From Octopus vulgaris (lineage: Eukaryota): DNA of 64,000 nt. The notes beneath the pieces were generated by a model. The model was not told the DNA's origin. It did not search any database and saw only the letters and a list, made by a program, of their open reading frames with translations. The stretch lies in contig OX597817.1 of NCBI GenBank assembly GCA_951406725.2, positions 128,712,001-128,776,000 of the forward strand, in the 5' to 3' direction. Within the stretch, counting starts at the first letter, position 1. Each line of letters begins with the position of its first letter. The translations under genes were made by a program, and so were the position numbers. This document shows positions 10,760 through 22,672 of the stretch, piece after piece.

Positions 10760-11318
10760 GAGTGAGAAAGCAGTGCATGCCATCAAAGTGACACTGGGGT
10801 ATAATATATGAAGCCTAGTATACCCATCATGACTACCTGTCTGGTAAGGGTACACCAGGCACATGCATCACAACCATATATGCGCGATATGGTGATCTCA
10901 TATCAAGATAAACAGCGCATGACCTTGCAGGTGGGGCCCAGTTAGAATTTTCTTCAGCTCGAGTAGTCCATCCCGCTCAAAAGGTCCCTGAATAAGGATT
11001 GTTCAAGGATGTTGAACGAACCACCCATATTTCCTTCCATAAGTGAATTATCCAAACCTCTAAGAGTGCCTTTCAACACACATCTATGATGTTCCTCCAC
11101 TACTTCTGCTCGTGATCAGAGATGCACATATCGTCAGCCACTAAGAGACATGCTCAACTGGTTAAGGTCAAACAACTGACAAGCAAATCTTTGGTATTGA
11201 GCAGAATATTTGCTGTAGCCCATCTTTTATACAAAGACAAAACAATGTACATGATAACACTTCCAATCAGTTAAGATCAGAAGCCATGAGAGCCACTGCC
11301 TGGTACTACATTAGGGCA
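10760..11318 (-). mobile_element. Family E element, longest copy, embedded in (AAT)n
   Basis: Reverse complement matches 6352-6875/7121. Flanked by ATT repeats at 10745-10759 and by an (ATT/ATC)n array at about 11318-11443. Confidence 0.8.
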
Positions 11319-11355
11319 TTTATTATTATTATTATCATCATCATCATCATCATCA

Positions 11356-11434
<79 letters not shown>

Positions 11435-11446
11435 CATTATTATAAA

Positions 11447-11660
11447 AGCTGTAAGCTGGCAGAATCGTTAGCAAACTGGGAGAAATGCTTACCGGTATTT
11501 CATCTGTCTTTACATTTTGAATTCAAATTCAGCCGGGGTTGACCTTGCATTCCATCCTTTCGAAGTTGATAAAAATAAGTACCAGTGAGCACTGGAGTCG
11601 ATGTAATCGACTAGTCCCCTCCCACGAAATTTCAACCCTTCTACCTATAGTCGATAGGAT
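11447..11660 (+). mobile_element. SINE family B copy
   Basis: AGCTGGCAGAATCGTTAGC head; GATAAAATAAGTACCAG..CACTGGAGTCGATGTAATCGAC body. Confidence 0.8.
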
Positions 11661-11671
11661 TATTATTATCA

Positions 11672-12410
11672 TTTTGGTTTGGCCCAGGTTTGGTCTTATT
11701 CTTTGTTGGATTTATGTGGGTAGCGGTTTACTACCTGTTACCTTAGGAATCCAGAAGTTTTAACTGTCTTTCAAGTGCTTAGAATACTCCTGGTAACCCT
11801 TGATGACCCTAAGAGGCAAACTTTCTGTAGAAAATCTACTGGGCATTCTATTCCAAACTCCTTCAGCTATTTGTCTATATCTCCGCTTACTGTTCCCAAC
11901 GCGCCAATTATTATTGACACGACCTTTACTGCTCTCTTGCTCCAAATTCTTCCTATTTCAAATTTTAAGGGATCGTTTATTTTTTTCGTTCTTTTTCTTT
12001 GCGATCCTGGAATAAAACGGGCATGGTGGGTTGACTTACTTATCCGTTTGAACAGGAAAGTCAAACAAAATCCTACATCTTTCCGACTCCAGTACCCCTT
12101 CGACACCGTGATTGTACCATGCGTTTCCAGCTTCAAATCCGAATTTCTGGCACAGCTTCCAGTGTAAAACATTTACAACCTGGTCGTGTCTCCGTTTCTT
12201 ATATTCTTCCTGTGCCAACTTGGGGAACTGACACATTCTCTCCGTCAATATCTTTTCTCAAGTTGTTTGTTTTTATCGCTTGATCTTAGGCTGCTACAAT
12301 TAGGATTTCCGTTTCTTTTTTAGTTGCCACTTTTGTAACCAAGCCCAGGATTTAGTTCCACATAGTCTTCAGTGGCTCTCCAAAATTGGCTATGCAAGGG
12401 TTTCTCTTCA
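11672..12410 (-). mobile_element. R4/Dong-like RLE retrotransposon remnant, 5'-truncated and internally deleted
   Basis: Minus-strand peptides EEKPLHSQFWRAT, KLAQEEYKKRRHDQVVNVLHWKLCQKFG..WYNH..GVLESERCRILFDFPVQTDK and KVVSIIIGALGTV. Preceded by (AAT)n(AAG)n and followed by an AAT tail. Confidence 0.85.
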
Positions 12411-12538
<128 letters not shown>

Positions 12539-12764
12539 CTTCATATATACTCAACAGATTAGAAAATGAAAGAGAGTATATATTAGATAAAAAAATAACT
12601 TTATCTTAATTTTGAAAAATAAAAGAAGTATTAAAAAATCCTCATTTATGGGATGACCGAATATTTACGAAAAACAAGTGTTAAAAGCTGATTCGATGTC
12701 TATGGTGTGTGCGTGCATGTGTGTGTATGTGTGTGTATGTGTGCTTGTGTGTTAAACAATATTC

Positions 12765-13019
12765 TTTTATCCTATTACTTGTTTCAGTCATTTGTCTATG
12801 GCCATACTAGAACACAGCCTTTTAGTCGAAAAAATCGACCCCTGGACTTATTCTTTGTAAGTCTGGTACTTATTCTATCGGTCATTTCTGCCGAACCGGT
12901 AAGTTACGGGAACGTAAACACACCAGCACCAATTGTCAAGCAGTGATGGGGAGAAAAACAAAGACGCAGACACACAAAGACACAGACACAGATACAGACT
13001 CAGACAGACAGACAGACAG

Positions 13020-13052
<33 letters not shown>

Positions 13053-13207
13053 CGACGGTCTTTCAGTTTCCGTTTACCAAATCAACGCACAGGGCTTTTC
13101 TCAGCCCGAGGCTATAATAGAAGACACATGTTCAAGGTGCCACACAGTGAAACTGAACTCGTAACCATGTGGTTGGGAATCAAGCTTCTTAACACACAAC
13201 CACACTG
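12765..13207 (-). mobile_element. SINE family A copy with expanded internal (GACA/CA)n
   Basis: Homology to 781-1176. Confidence 0.85.
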
Positions 13208-13251
13208 TCACTCCCTATTAAGGTCAGTACCTCTCATTCGCTATAAGTATG

Positions 13252-13392
13252 TCTTCGTCATCATCATCACCTTCTTCTTCTTCTTCTTCTTCTTCTTCTT
13301 CTTCTTCTTCTTCTTCTTCTTCTTCTTCTTTTTTTTTTTTTCTTCTTCTTCTTCTTCTTCTTCTTCTTCTTCTTCTTCTTCTTCTTCTTCTT
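13252..13392. repeat. (TTC)n microsatellite
   Basis: Direct reading. Confidence 0.95.
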
Positions 13393-13461
13393 CCACCCTC
13401 TTCGCTGCCTCTCCCTTACACCCGCCGCGGACATTCACAAATTCCTCTTTTATCTCTTTTT

Positions 13462-13742
13462 TTCTCTTTTACTTGTTTCAGTCACTTGACTGTTGCCATG
13501 CTGGAGCACCGCCATTAGTCGAGCAAATCGACCCCAGGACTTATTCTTTGGCAGCCTAGTACTTATTCTATCGGTCTCTTTGCCGAACCGCTAGTTTACG
13601 GGGACGTAAACACACCACCATCGGTTGTCAAGCGATGTTGGTGGGACAAACACAGACACACAAACATATACAGACACACATACATATATACGACATGCAC
13701 GCAGTGGAAATGAACCCGGAACCATGTGGTTGGTAAGCAAGC
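13462..13742 (-). mobile_element. SINE family A copy with internal deletion
   Basis: Homology to 781-1176; the segment between TACGAC and CACGCAGTGG is missing. Confidence 0.85.
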
Positions 13743-14087
13743 TATCGTTGCAAGCAACACATTCTTCAAGTATGAATGCACGGCATTCACACATATCTCA
13801 GATGTAGCAAGATTGCAAGCCTGCTGGCTATCAATCAACATTGACTAACTAGAACACATATTGCTTAGCAGCCACTACTACTGTTTGTTCGTTTTGCTTC
13901 GGTGAGTAATGACAAGGTTCAATTCCTGGACTAGACGATGCGTCATGTGCTTGAGCAATACATTTCACTCCATACTACTTTAGTTGACTCAGGTGAAATG
14001 ATCATCAGTTAAGTACTGGTGAAACGCTGTCTCTATCCAATTGTTATACCCTGGGTGTTCCGCTGGGTCAAAATAAGGCGAATTGAA

Positions 14088-14300
14088 GGCGGCGATCTGG
14101 CAGAATCGTTAGCACGCCGGGCGAAATGCTTAGCGGTATTTTGTCTGTCTTTACGTTCTGAGTTCAAATTCTGCCGAGGTCGACTTTGCATTCCATCCTT
14201 TCGGGGTCTAAAAATAAGAAGCAGTTGCGTACTGGGGTCGATCTGATCGACTGGCACCTCTTCCCCTAAAACTTCGGGCCCTGTGCCTAGAGTAGAAAAA
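14088..14300 (+). mobile_element. SINE family B copy (well preserved)
   Basis: GGCGGCGATCTGGCAGAATCGTTAGCACGCCGGGCGAAATGCTTAGC...GAGTTCAAATTC...GAGGTCGACTTTGC. Confidence 0.9.
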
Positions 14301-14339
14301 AATAGGGCGAATTGGGAGTGTGTTTTTATGTCTGCTCGT

Positions 14340-14394
14340 GCCGATCAAAGCCTTGTGAGTGGATTTGGTAGACGGAAACTGAAAGAAGACCGCC

Positions 14395-14448
<54 letters not shown>

Positions 14449-14670
14449 ATATATATATACGTGTGTGTGTCCATCACCATCACTACTTGGGAACTGCTGT
14501 TGCTGGGTTTACGTCCCCGTAACTTAGCAGTTCGGTAGAGAAGTCCTATGGAATAAATACCAGGCTTTACAAAAAATATGTATTGAGGTTGATTCGTTCG
14601 ACTAAAACACTTGAAGGCGGTGATCAGCATGGCCGCAGTCTAATGGCTGAAACAAGTAACAAAAATAAAA
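14340..14670 (+). mobile_element. SINE family A copy, 5'-truncated
   Basis: AAAGCCTTGTGAGTGGATTTGGTAGACGGAAACTGAAAGAAG ... CAGCATGGCCGCAGTC..ATGGCTGAAACAAGTAA. Confidence 0.85.
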
Positions 14671-15069
14671 TATTGTAGATCTATATATATATAATACACA
14701 CATACATATATATATATATATAATACAGCATACATGTATAAGATATGTATGCATGCATGCATCTGTGTATTATGTAAGTATGTATGTATGCATTACATCT
14801 ACGTATGTATGTATGTGTACATTCACACACACACATATCCACACATGAAACTCCTTAATAATTGCATCTTAGTTTAAGAGAATCACTATTCCACTCAAAT
14901 ATTTTAAGCACAATACAGCGATAATCAGAAAGAGTGAAGTAAATATGAGAAAACCGAGCAGTGAGAGAATGTGTAAGAATGTAAACACATTACTTCTGTG
15001 CTCTTTACGAGTGGAAATAAAGAAGTCTTCCGCAAACGACTATGACTTGGTTGTATGGTACTTGTTACT

Positions 15070-15451
15070 GTGGAGGCGCAATGGCCCAGTGGTTAGGGCA
15101 GCGGACTCGCGGTCGTAGGATCGCGGTTTCGATTCCCAGACCGGGCGTTGTGAGTGTTTAGTGAGCAAAAACACCTAAAGCTCCACGAGGCTCCGGCAGG
15201 GATGGTGGTGATCCCTGCTGTACTCTTTCACCACAACTTTCTCTCACTCTTACTTCCTGTTTCTGTTGTACCTGTATTTCAAAGGGCCGGCCTTGTCACT
15301 CTCTGTGTCACGCTGAATATCCCCGAGAACTACGTTAAGGGTACACGTGTCTGTGGAGTGCTCAGCCACATACACGTTAATTTCATGAGCAGGCTGTTCC
15401 GTTGATCGGATCAACCGGAACCCTCGTCGTCGTAACCGACGGAGTGCTTCC
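15070..15451 (+). mobile_element. tRNA-derived SINE family C, full length with TSD
   Basis: tRNA-like head GGAGGCGCAATGGCCCAGTGGTTAGGGCAGCGGACTCGCGGTCGTAGGATCGCGGTTTCGATTCCC with A and B boxes. 10-bp TSD ACTTGTTACT at 15060-15069 and 15452-15461. Confidence 0.9.
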
Positions 15452-16149
15452 ACTTGTTACTAAGTGATAATCGTTTGCGAGCAACGGTTGTAGTTTCTGA
15501 TATTGTCAACCGAAAAGAAAGCAAGACGGGCAAAATCCTTCCATGTCTAACTAAAAAGGTCGTCGTGACTTTTCATTAACTCAACTTAATAAATTAAACC
15601 GCTAGTAAACTCTGGTGTCAAATAATTTGATTAAACTATATCCCCTTACAAAAAGAAATTAGCCTTGTACCTGAATAAGAAATCAATTTTTATTTTCAAA
15701 TCTTTATCAAGTACTTAACTGTTTATCAAAGACTTAAGGGAAGGCTAGGACAGATTAAACCGAGAAGAAATAAGAAAGAATATAACATAGATATTATATA
15801 GACCCGCTAAAAAAAATAAACAAACATCCGTAAATCAACAAATAAATGCAGACAACAATTCATGATTAATATCTTAATCGTTACTTATCAGCAAAAATAC
15901 GACTTAATACTTAATACCATGAAATCTAATTACGTAACGCGATTGGATTGGGGATAAAGGGTTGTTTGTTTTTGTCGCCGGGTTTTATTTTGGTTGTTGT
16001 TACGTTTTCCTTGAAATCAGCGATGTAATCTGACTTAAATCTACAAAACAAGATTCACTGACCGATTTATGACCAATAAAAAAGGAGTTTCATGCTGAAT
16101 CACAACTTTTGTATCCGTAATAATAGTTTCCGATATAGGCAACCGGTCA

Positions 16150-17140
16150 TAAATTTAAAGTGAAAAGAAGCGAGTCGATAATGTCGAACTCAGCACATGA
16201 CTGACGCATACTTTATTTTATTAACACACAAAAAATGACTAAAAGCAAAGACGAAGTCGGCGAGATTTGAACACAGGACGTAAAATGCCAAAATATAGCA
16301 AATCATATAATCGACGCCGTAACGATCCAATCCACTTCCCTAATAATGGTTTTAAATTTTGACACAAAGCCAGCAGTTTCGAACAGGAGATAAGTCGTTT
16401 ACATCGAGCCCAGTGCTTGTCTGGTACTCAATTTATCGAGTCCGAAAGGATGAAAGGCAAAGTCGACCTCGGTGAATTTGACCTCAGAACAAAACGACAG
16501 GCGAAATGCCACTCTATATTTTCACCAGTGTGCTAACGATTCTGCTAGCTCGCTGCCTTTTCCCAATTCCCTAATGATAATTGTTCTGTCTATGGCGGCG
16601 AGCTGGCAGAAACGTTAACCCGCCGCCCGAAATGCTTAGCAGTATTTCGTCTGCCGCTACGTTCTCAGTTCAAATTCCGCCGAGGTCGACTTTGCCTTTC
16701 ATCCTTTCGGGGTCGATTAAATAAGTACCAGTTACGAACTGGGGTCAATGTAATCGACTTAATCCGTTAATGTGTTTGTCTCTTGTGGGTAGAAAAGAAA
16801 TAGGTATTTCGTCTGTCTTTACGTTCTGAGTTCAAGTTCCGCCGAGGTCAACTTTGCCTTCTCCCCTTCGGAGTCGATAAATTAAGTACCAGTTGCGTAC
16901 TGGGTCGATCTAATCGACTGGCCCCCTCCCCCAAAATTTCGTGCTTTGTGTCTAGAGTAGAAAAGAATAATTATTATTTCCGCTATATGTGCAAAGCCAA
17001 CTGTGTCAGGGGAAGAGATGTTAGTTGATTACATTGACTTCTGATTCTTTACATTCTGTGTTCAAATCCTGCCTTGGTCAACATTGCTTTTCATCCTTTC
17101 GGGTTTAATAAAATGGTATTAGTTAAGTACTGAAATAACT
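16150..17140. mobile_element. Cluster of SINE family B copies in both orientations
   Basis: Minus copies at about 16150-16330 and 16345-16557. Plus copy from 16593 with a tandem second body to about 16970. A fragment at about 17040-17140. Confidence 0.85.
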
Positions 17141-17147
17141 GACATCC

Positions 17148-17420
17148 CTTGGTTACAACGACGAGGGTTCCGGTTGTTCTGATTAAAGGAACAGACTGCT
17201 CGTGAAATGAACGTACAAGTGATTGAGTATTACACATATATACGTACTCTTGACGTAGTTCTCAGGGAGATTCAACGTAACACTGAATGTGACAAGGCTG
17301 GCCCTTTGAAATACAGGTAATACTTATTTTTGTCAACTGAGTGAAATAGTGACAAAAGCACAACACGCCCGCAGGTATCGAACTCACAACCTTACAAACT
17401 TCAACCGAATATACTAACGA
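17148..17420 (-). mobile_element. SINE family C relative (degenerate)
   Basis: GGTTACAACGACGAGGGTTCCGGTTG...GACAAGGCTGGCCCTTTGAAATACAGGTA is the reverse complement of the 15270-15440 body. Another fragment lies at about 3142-3240. Confidence 0.8.
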
Positions 17421-18327
17421 ACCCTCACTATTAGGATTGATGTCCTAGGATAGATGCAAGCAAAATACCTGGCCTTGTGTAAAGATTTGAAATTATTATT
17501 ATTGTTAAAGTAGCATCTTTTTATTGTTGTTGGATCAGTAGATTTGTTAAACCTTGTGATATTTCTTCTGGTCTTTTACTGTTAACTTTACTTTCTATCT
17601 TATTTAGGTCCGGTAAAATGAAATATCAGTCAAGTACTGGAGTTGATAGCAACGACTAAACCCCAGCCCCTTATATTTCTGGTATTGTGCCTATGATAGA
17701 AACAATCATTGTTGTTACTGTTATCGTTGTTGTCTTCGTTTATCCCCAGTTCAACACTGATAAAAGAGATATATAATCAGAAGCTTTCCAGCGAAGACCA
17801 TCCTGTCTGATATACAAACAGTGTACTATCTAGGAGAACAGCAACAACCAATGTGTCCATTCTTTTCATCAATTGCTATTTTTAGCAGGCTGAGCAACCA
17901 GGTATAGGATTTCTAGTAAACTCGTTCATTAACAGCCATGTTTCTTGGCGTTTATGTCTAGTCAAATGAAATTTATATTCTACTTCCTTTTCTTTCAATT
18001 TTAAAAGACCGGATTTACTTTTGACGCCTATCTGTCCATCTAACACTATTGCAGATAGAAATAACAAAGCAAATTATAATCTCTGTCTAATCAACTCTGA
18101 CTGTAACACAAAGCTTCTAATAGCTATGTGTCGTGTGGCTCGGTGGATATTTTTTCTCTTTTTTTTTTCTAAAATAAGTAATTAAATAACCAAATTATAA
18201 TATTTAATTATTTCGTAAGTAAATAGCCTTGAATTATGTGAATCATAAATAAAATAAAAATACATGATTAAATACTCGTGGAATATAAATATATATATAG
18301 ATAGATGAGGGTATTATCTATCTTTCT

Positions 18328-18330
<3 letters not shown>

Positions 18331-18373
<43 letters not shown>

Positions 18374-18390
18374 ACACACACATACACACA

Positions 18391-18458
<68 letters not shown>
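18331..18458. repeat. (CA)n(TA)n microsatellite
   Basis: Direct reading. Confidence 0.95.
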
Positions 18459-18459
18459 C

Positions 18460-18666
18460 TGATTTCAAATTTTGGTATACGGCCAGCAGTTTCGAAGAAG
18501 TATGACAATTACATCGACTCCAGTGCTCAACTGGCACTTGTTTTATCGACCCCCGAAAGGATGAAAGACAAGTTCGATCTCGATGGAATTTGAACTCACA
18601 ATGTAAAGACGGACGAAATGCCGATAAGCATTTTGCCGAGCGTGCTAACGATTCTGCCACCTCGCC
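18460..18666 (-). mobile_element. SINE family B copy
   Basis: Reverse complement begins GGCGAGGTGGCAGAATCGTTAGCACG. Confidence 0.85.
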
Positions 18667-18731
18667 ATTTTATGCAGATATGTAATGATATGCGCACATA
18701 GACCTCACGCACACAGCACATTCACTCAAAC

Positions 18732-18892
18732 ATGTATGTATGCCTATATGTATGCATACATGTATGTATGCATAAATTTGTGTATGCATGTATGCATGTA
18801 TGTATGCATGTATTTATGTATGTATGTATGTATGTATGTATGTATGTATGTATGTATGTATGTATGTATGTATGTATGCATGTATGTATATA
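18732..18892. repeat. (TATG)n microsatellite
   Basis: Direct reading. Confidence 0.93.
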
Positions 18893-19099
18893 TAAGAGTA
18901 GAACAGCAGAATCGCTGTTTCGAGTAGCCGCTTTCGCTACAACTGCGTAGCATCTTAAACAAGTATGATTGTCTTTAGTCTCTGATCGATCCTTACAGTA
19001 TAACTCAAATTATTTAGACTGAAACTGTACAAAAATCCACGGGATGGATTGAACCTGTAACTCAAAATGCACAGCTTTGTCAACCACCGTATCGTATTC

Positions 19100-19790
19100 A
19101 TTCCACCTGGGTATTACATTAAAGGTGAACATACCAGAAAAGAGAACAAAGCAGATGCTAAAATTTGCGTTTCTATCTCTCTGATCTCACGCATCAGCAA
19201 AGCCAAAGAAAGAATTGTCAGAAGAAACCTGATCTCGTTCCTACATGAAAAATGCTTGCACTGTGACGCCCAGTACGGCTTCCATTCAGGAAAGAACTGC
19301 CTTCAGCTGCATTCCCCGTTAAGACAGGGTACTGAAACAAAGGTCACTGATTTAAATGTGGATGTGATACACCTCAAGCTTGCAAATTCCGTCGGTAAAA
19401 ATGATTACGAAATAATGTGACACGAACTGCGCAACACGGTGTGGTGGGAAACTTAGAGAGTGGATACATTAATTCATACTAAAGGAGATATCAGTTGGTA
19501 ACAAACTCCCTTGGGAATACCTACTGGGATCACTACTGATTGTGGTGGCTCTCTAATACATGTCTTTAGTCATACCGTCAGTCACATTCACCGGACAAAT
19601 GTATCACAGGAAGCAAGACACCTGATGATGATGCATAACACCAGAAAGATTTGAATGCAATATACTGGTAGGCTGAAGAAAACAACACGTAGTTCAATAC
19701 TGAAGGGTTTTATGTGCATCGCTATCAGCCCACAAACAGAATGCAATCAGAATACTAAAGACAAGTGGGTACTGCAATTCCGGAATCACA
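19100..19790 (+). mobile_element. CR1/L2-type LINE reverse-transcriptase remnant
   Basis: ORF 19067..19420 contains SISLISRISKAKERIVRRNLISFL..AQYGFHSGKNCLQL..NVDVIHLKLA, a decayed version of the RT motifs PISLTS..K..ER, Q.GFR.GRSC and VDVIYLDF.KAFD. Confidence 0.75.
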
Positions 19791-20193
19791 ATCACTGCAT
19801 AATCTGGGAATCCACACCAGTAATGATCCATTCTTCCGCGTGCATATCCCAAAGAAGGTAACAATCTGCTAGTGACTAGCTGGTAGTATTCAGAACAAGG
19901 CAAAGCAAGATACAACGTGGTTTCTGTGGAGAATATTCATTTTAAGTCGACTATACTACTACTCTCAATTATGATTAATTATGATTCTATTTTTAAATTG
20001 TAAATTTAACCGGAGTATATTCATTACTGAATTTTTTTATTCCGAATAAGCACGTTGTACCGAAATGCAATTCGAAAAAACCCGCCATTTACATAGATGT
20101 ATAAGGGGTGAACATTTCTATATACTACGTTGGATACGATGGTTGTTCGTCTGCTATGTTGATTTGGTTCATTCATTATAAATCTTGAATTAT

Positions 20194-20258
20194 GCTTGCA
20201 CTGATGAGTAAAGAGCGCACGCCACTGCACTGATTACGAAACCACAGTGATCTGCAGC
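20194..20258 (+). ncRNA. Type I hammerhead ribozyme motif (Penelope pLTR-like context)
   Basis: Stem I TGCA (20197-20200)/TGCA (20253-56); CTGATGA 20201-07; stem II GTAA/TTAC; GAAA 20238-41; stem III CAC-A-GTG with a C.A mismatch; cleavage triplet ATC (20250-52). Confidence 0.75.
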
Positions 20259-20502
20259 TGAATTCTGTTTTTAAATGACTTGCTTCGAGAGTTACATTCG
20301 GTACGAAATGTTTATTTATTTTAGTAGTTTTAACTTTAAGAGTCCCTCCTAGCGTGTGGCATTTATGTGTAATAATGACCTCTATAAAATATAAATAAAT
20401 ATATTTCAGTGAAAAAATTGGTGGATTTTTTTTCTCTTATGAGGTTTTTCACGCTGACTACTTGATAAATTCTTATGAAGATTTTATCCTATTTTTAAAT
20501 TG

Positions 20503-20567
<65 letters not shown>

Positions 20568-21048
20568 GTATGTATATAATTCCAAATCTTGGAGAGTTTA
20601 GCGCCGAAGATTGGGTTTGAAAGATATATCAACCTCAAACTGCACGCCACTACATAGCGCCAAAGGTCCTAGGCTCTCCATCTAGAGTAAAGACCCAATA
20701 CTATATCAGCATAGTTTTCAAGGGACCAACAGCTTCTCAGTACCTCGCCAATAAGAGCCTAAGATATTTAAAAGGAGGTATTCAAAATATGCAGTTAAGG
20801 GCGGTGTTCTCCAACTTATTGCTTCAATACAGCAAGATACTCACGTAGGGCGGTGGAAGTGATTAATTTTTATAGATTTTAAAAAATTGATTTTTATTTC
20901 AAATGAAGTTGCTTATTTATCTCATGTAATTGTTGCAGTTGTCAGTCTGTAAGGAGTTCGCAATGCCGGGTTGGTAATGACCGGTTGCATTGGTTTTGGT
21001 GTTGATGCTGGTTGTTTTGTAGATGATTGCTGCAGGGATGAGGGTTGA

Positions 21049-21089
<41 letters not shown>

Positions 21090-21211
21090 GCACATATACA
21101 TAGATTCATAAACACGCACACACACAAAAAAACACACACATATACAGCTATGTATGTATGTATGTATGTATGTATGTATGTATGTATGTATGTATATATA
21201 TATATATATAT

Positions 21212-21498
21212 AATTAATTAAGGGTAGAAATCAATATTTATCAATTAAAACCAGTGGTTCTAACATATTAAAAAAATCCGAAGATTAAATATTTATATAT
21301 ACCAATTAAGGATTGAACACGAAAAAGTGGACAGTCAACATGCTAGATATAGACGTCAAATCGCCATTCTCCACAAAAGATTATGTTCTCAGATGGTGTT
21401 GAGTTTGATCTGAGAACATAATCTTTTGTGGAGAATGGCGATTTGACGTCTATATCTAGCATGTTGACTGTCCACTTTTTCGTGTTCAGTCCTTAATT

Positions 21499-21507
<9 letters not shown>
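21212..21507. repeat. Fold-back element in (TA)n with ~100-bp inverted arms (Penelope-like inverted terminal fragment suspected)
   Basis: 21294-21394 is the reverse complement of 21408-21507 with one mismatch; 13-nt spacer. Confidence 0.9.
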
Positions 21508-21532
<25 letters not shown>

Positions 21533-21589
21533 TAGATAGATAGATATATATATATATATATACGCATATGTATGTGTGTGTGTGTGTGT

Positions 21590-21832
21590 TTTAGTGGTTA
21601 GAGTATTCGCCTCACGATCGTAAGGTCATGAGTTGTAACGTCGACGCTTTGTGTCTTTGAGCAAGACACTTTATTCCACATTGCTCTAGTCCACTTGACT
21701 TACAAAGATGAGTTGCTTCAAAGGGCTAGGGTACGTGTGTTAGTGGAGTACTCAGTCATTTGCTCGTTAATTTCGCGAGCTGGTTCTTCAGCAGATCCAA
21801 TCACCTCAAACACTCGTTGTTGTAATCGACAG
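21590..21832 (+). mobile_element. Degenerate tRNA-headed CORE-like SINE (family C-related 3' part)
   Basis: TAGTGGTTAGAGTATTCG head, GTGTCTTTGAGCAAGACACTTTA CORE-like motif, and a 3' part similar to 15340-15440. Confidence 0.7.
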
Positions 21833-22077
21833 AAAAGCTGTCTGTCAACATATGTATATATGTATGTATGTATATTGTCGGCGAGCGCATATGAATTTGT
21901 GTATGTATCGTCCGTAGCATACAATATTAGCACTGCATTATAGAACGTTGAGTACTAGCAACCTTTAAACATTTTCAGCACACCATAAATCCAAACGTAG
22001 AACGCACCGAAAAACACACCATATCCCAGTCACAACAATTACACGGAAAAGCATACATAAAAGGACACTTAGCCATG

Positions 22078-22454
22078 CAATACACACACACACACATACA
22101 CACACACACATACACACATACACACACAGACACAGACACAGACACACACAGACACACACACACATGTCAATGAAAATGATACTTAGATGCCTTTAATTGC
22201 TTTTTCATACACACCCCGGCTATCATTATCACATTATATTAATAATATAACATTCATTTTTTTTTACCCTCAATGTAACTATCTTCCTGTCTATAATCTT
22301 GTTTTTAACTCTATTATTATTTCTTCCTACCTTCTTACTTCCCTACCTCTGAGTATATATAATATAGAAGATATACATGCGTACATACATACATGCATAT
22401 ATATATATATATACATACACAAATACATACATATATATACACATACATACATAC

Positions 22455-22485
<31 letters not shown>

Positions 22486-22538
22486 CATATATATATATAC
22501 ATATATATATATACATACATATATTTATATATATATAC

Positions 22539-22599
<61 letters not shown>

Positions 22600-22672
22600 T
22601 ATTTATATATATATATATATATATATATACATACATACATACATACATATATTTATATATAAATATATATAC
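22078..22672. repeat. (CA)n and long degenerate (TA)/(TACA)n microsatellite field
   Basis: Direct reading; source of the many YI-repeat ORFs. Confidence 0.92.

Noticed and set aside
15072-15147. Genuine tRNA gene
   Set aside because: Acceptor and T stems pair poorly, and it continues into a SINE body flanked by a TSD.
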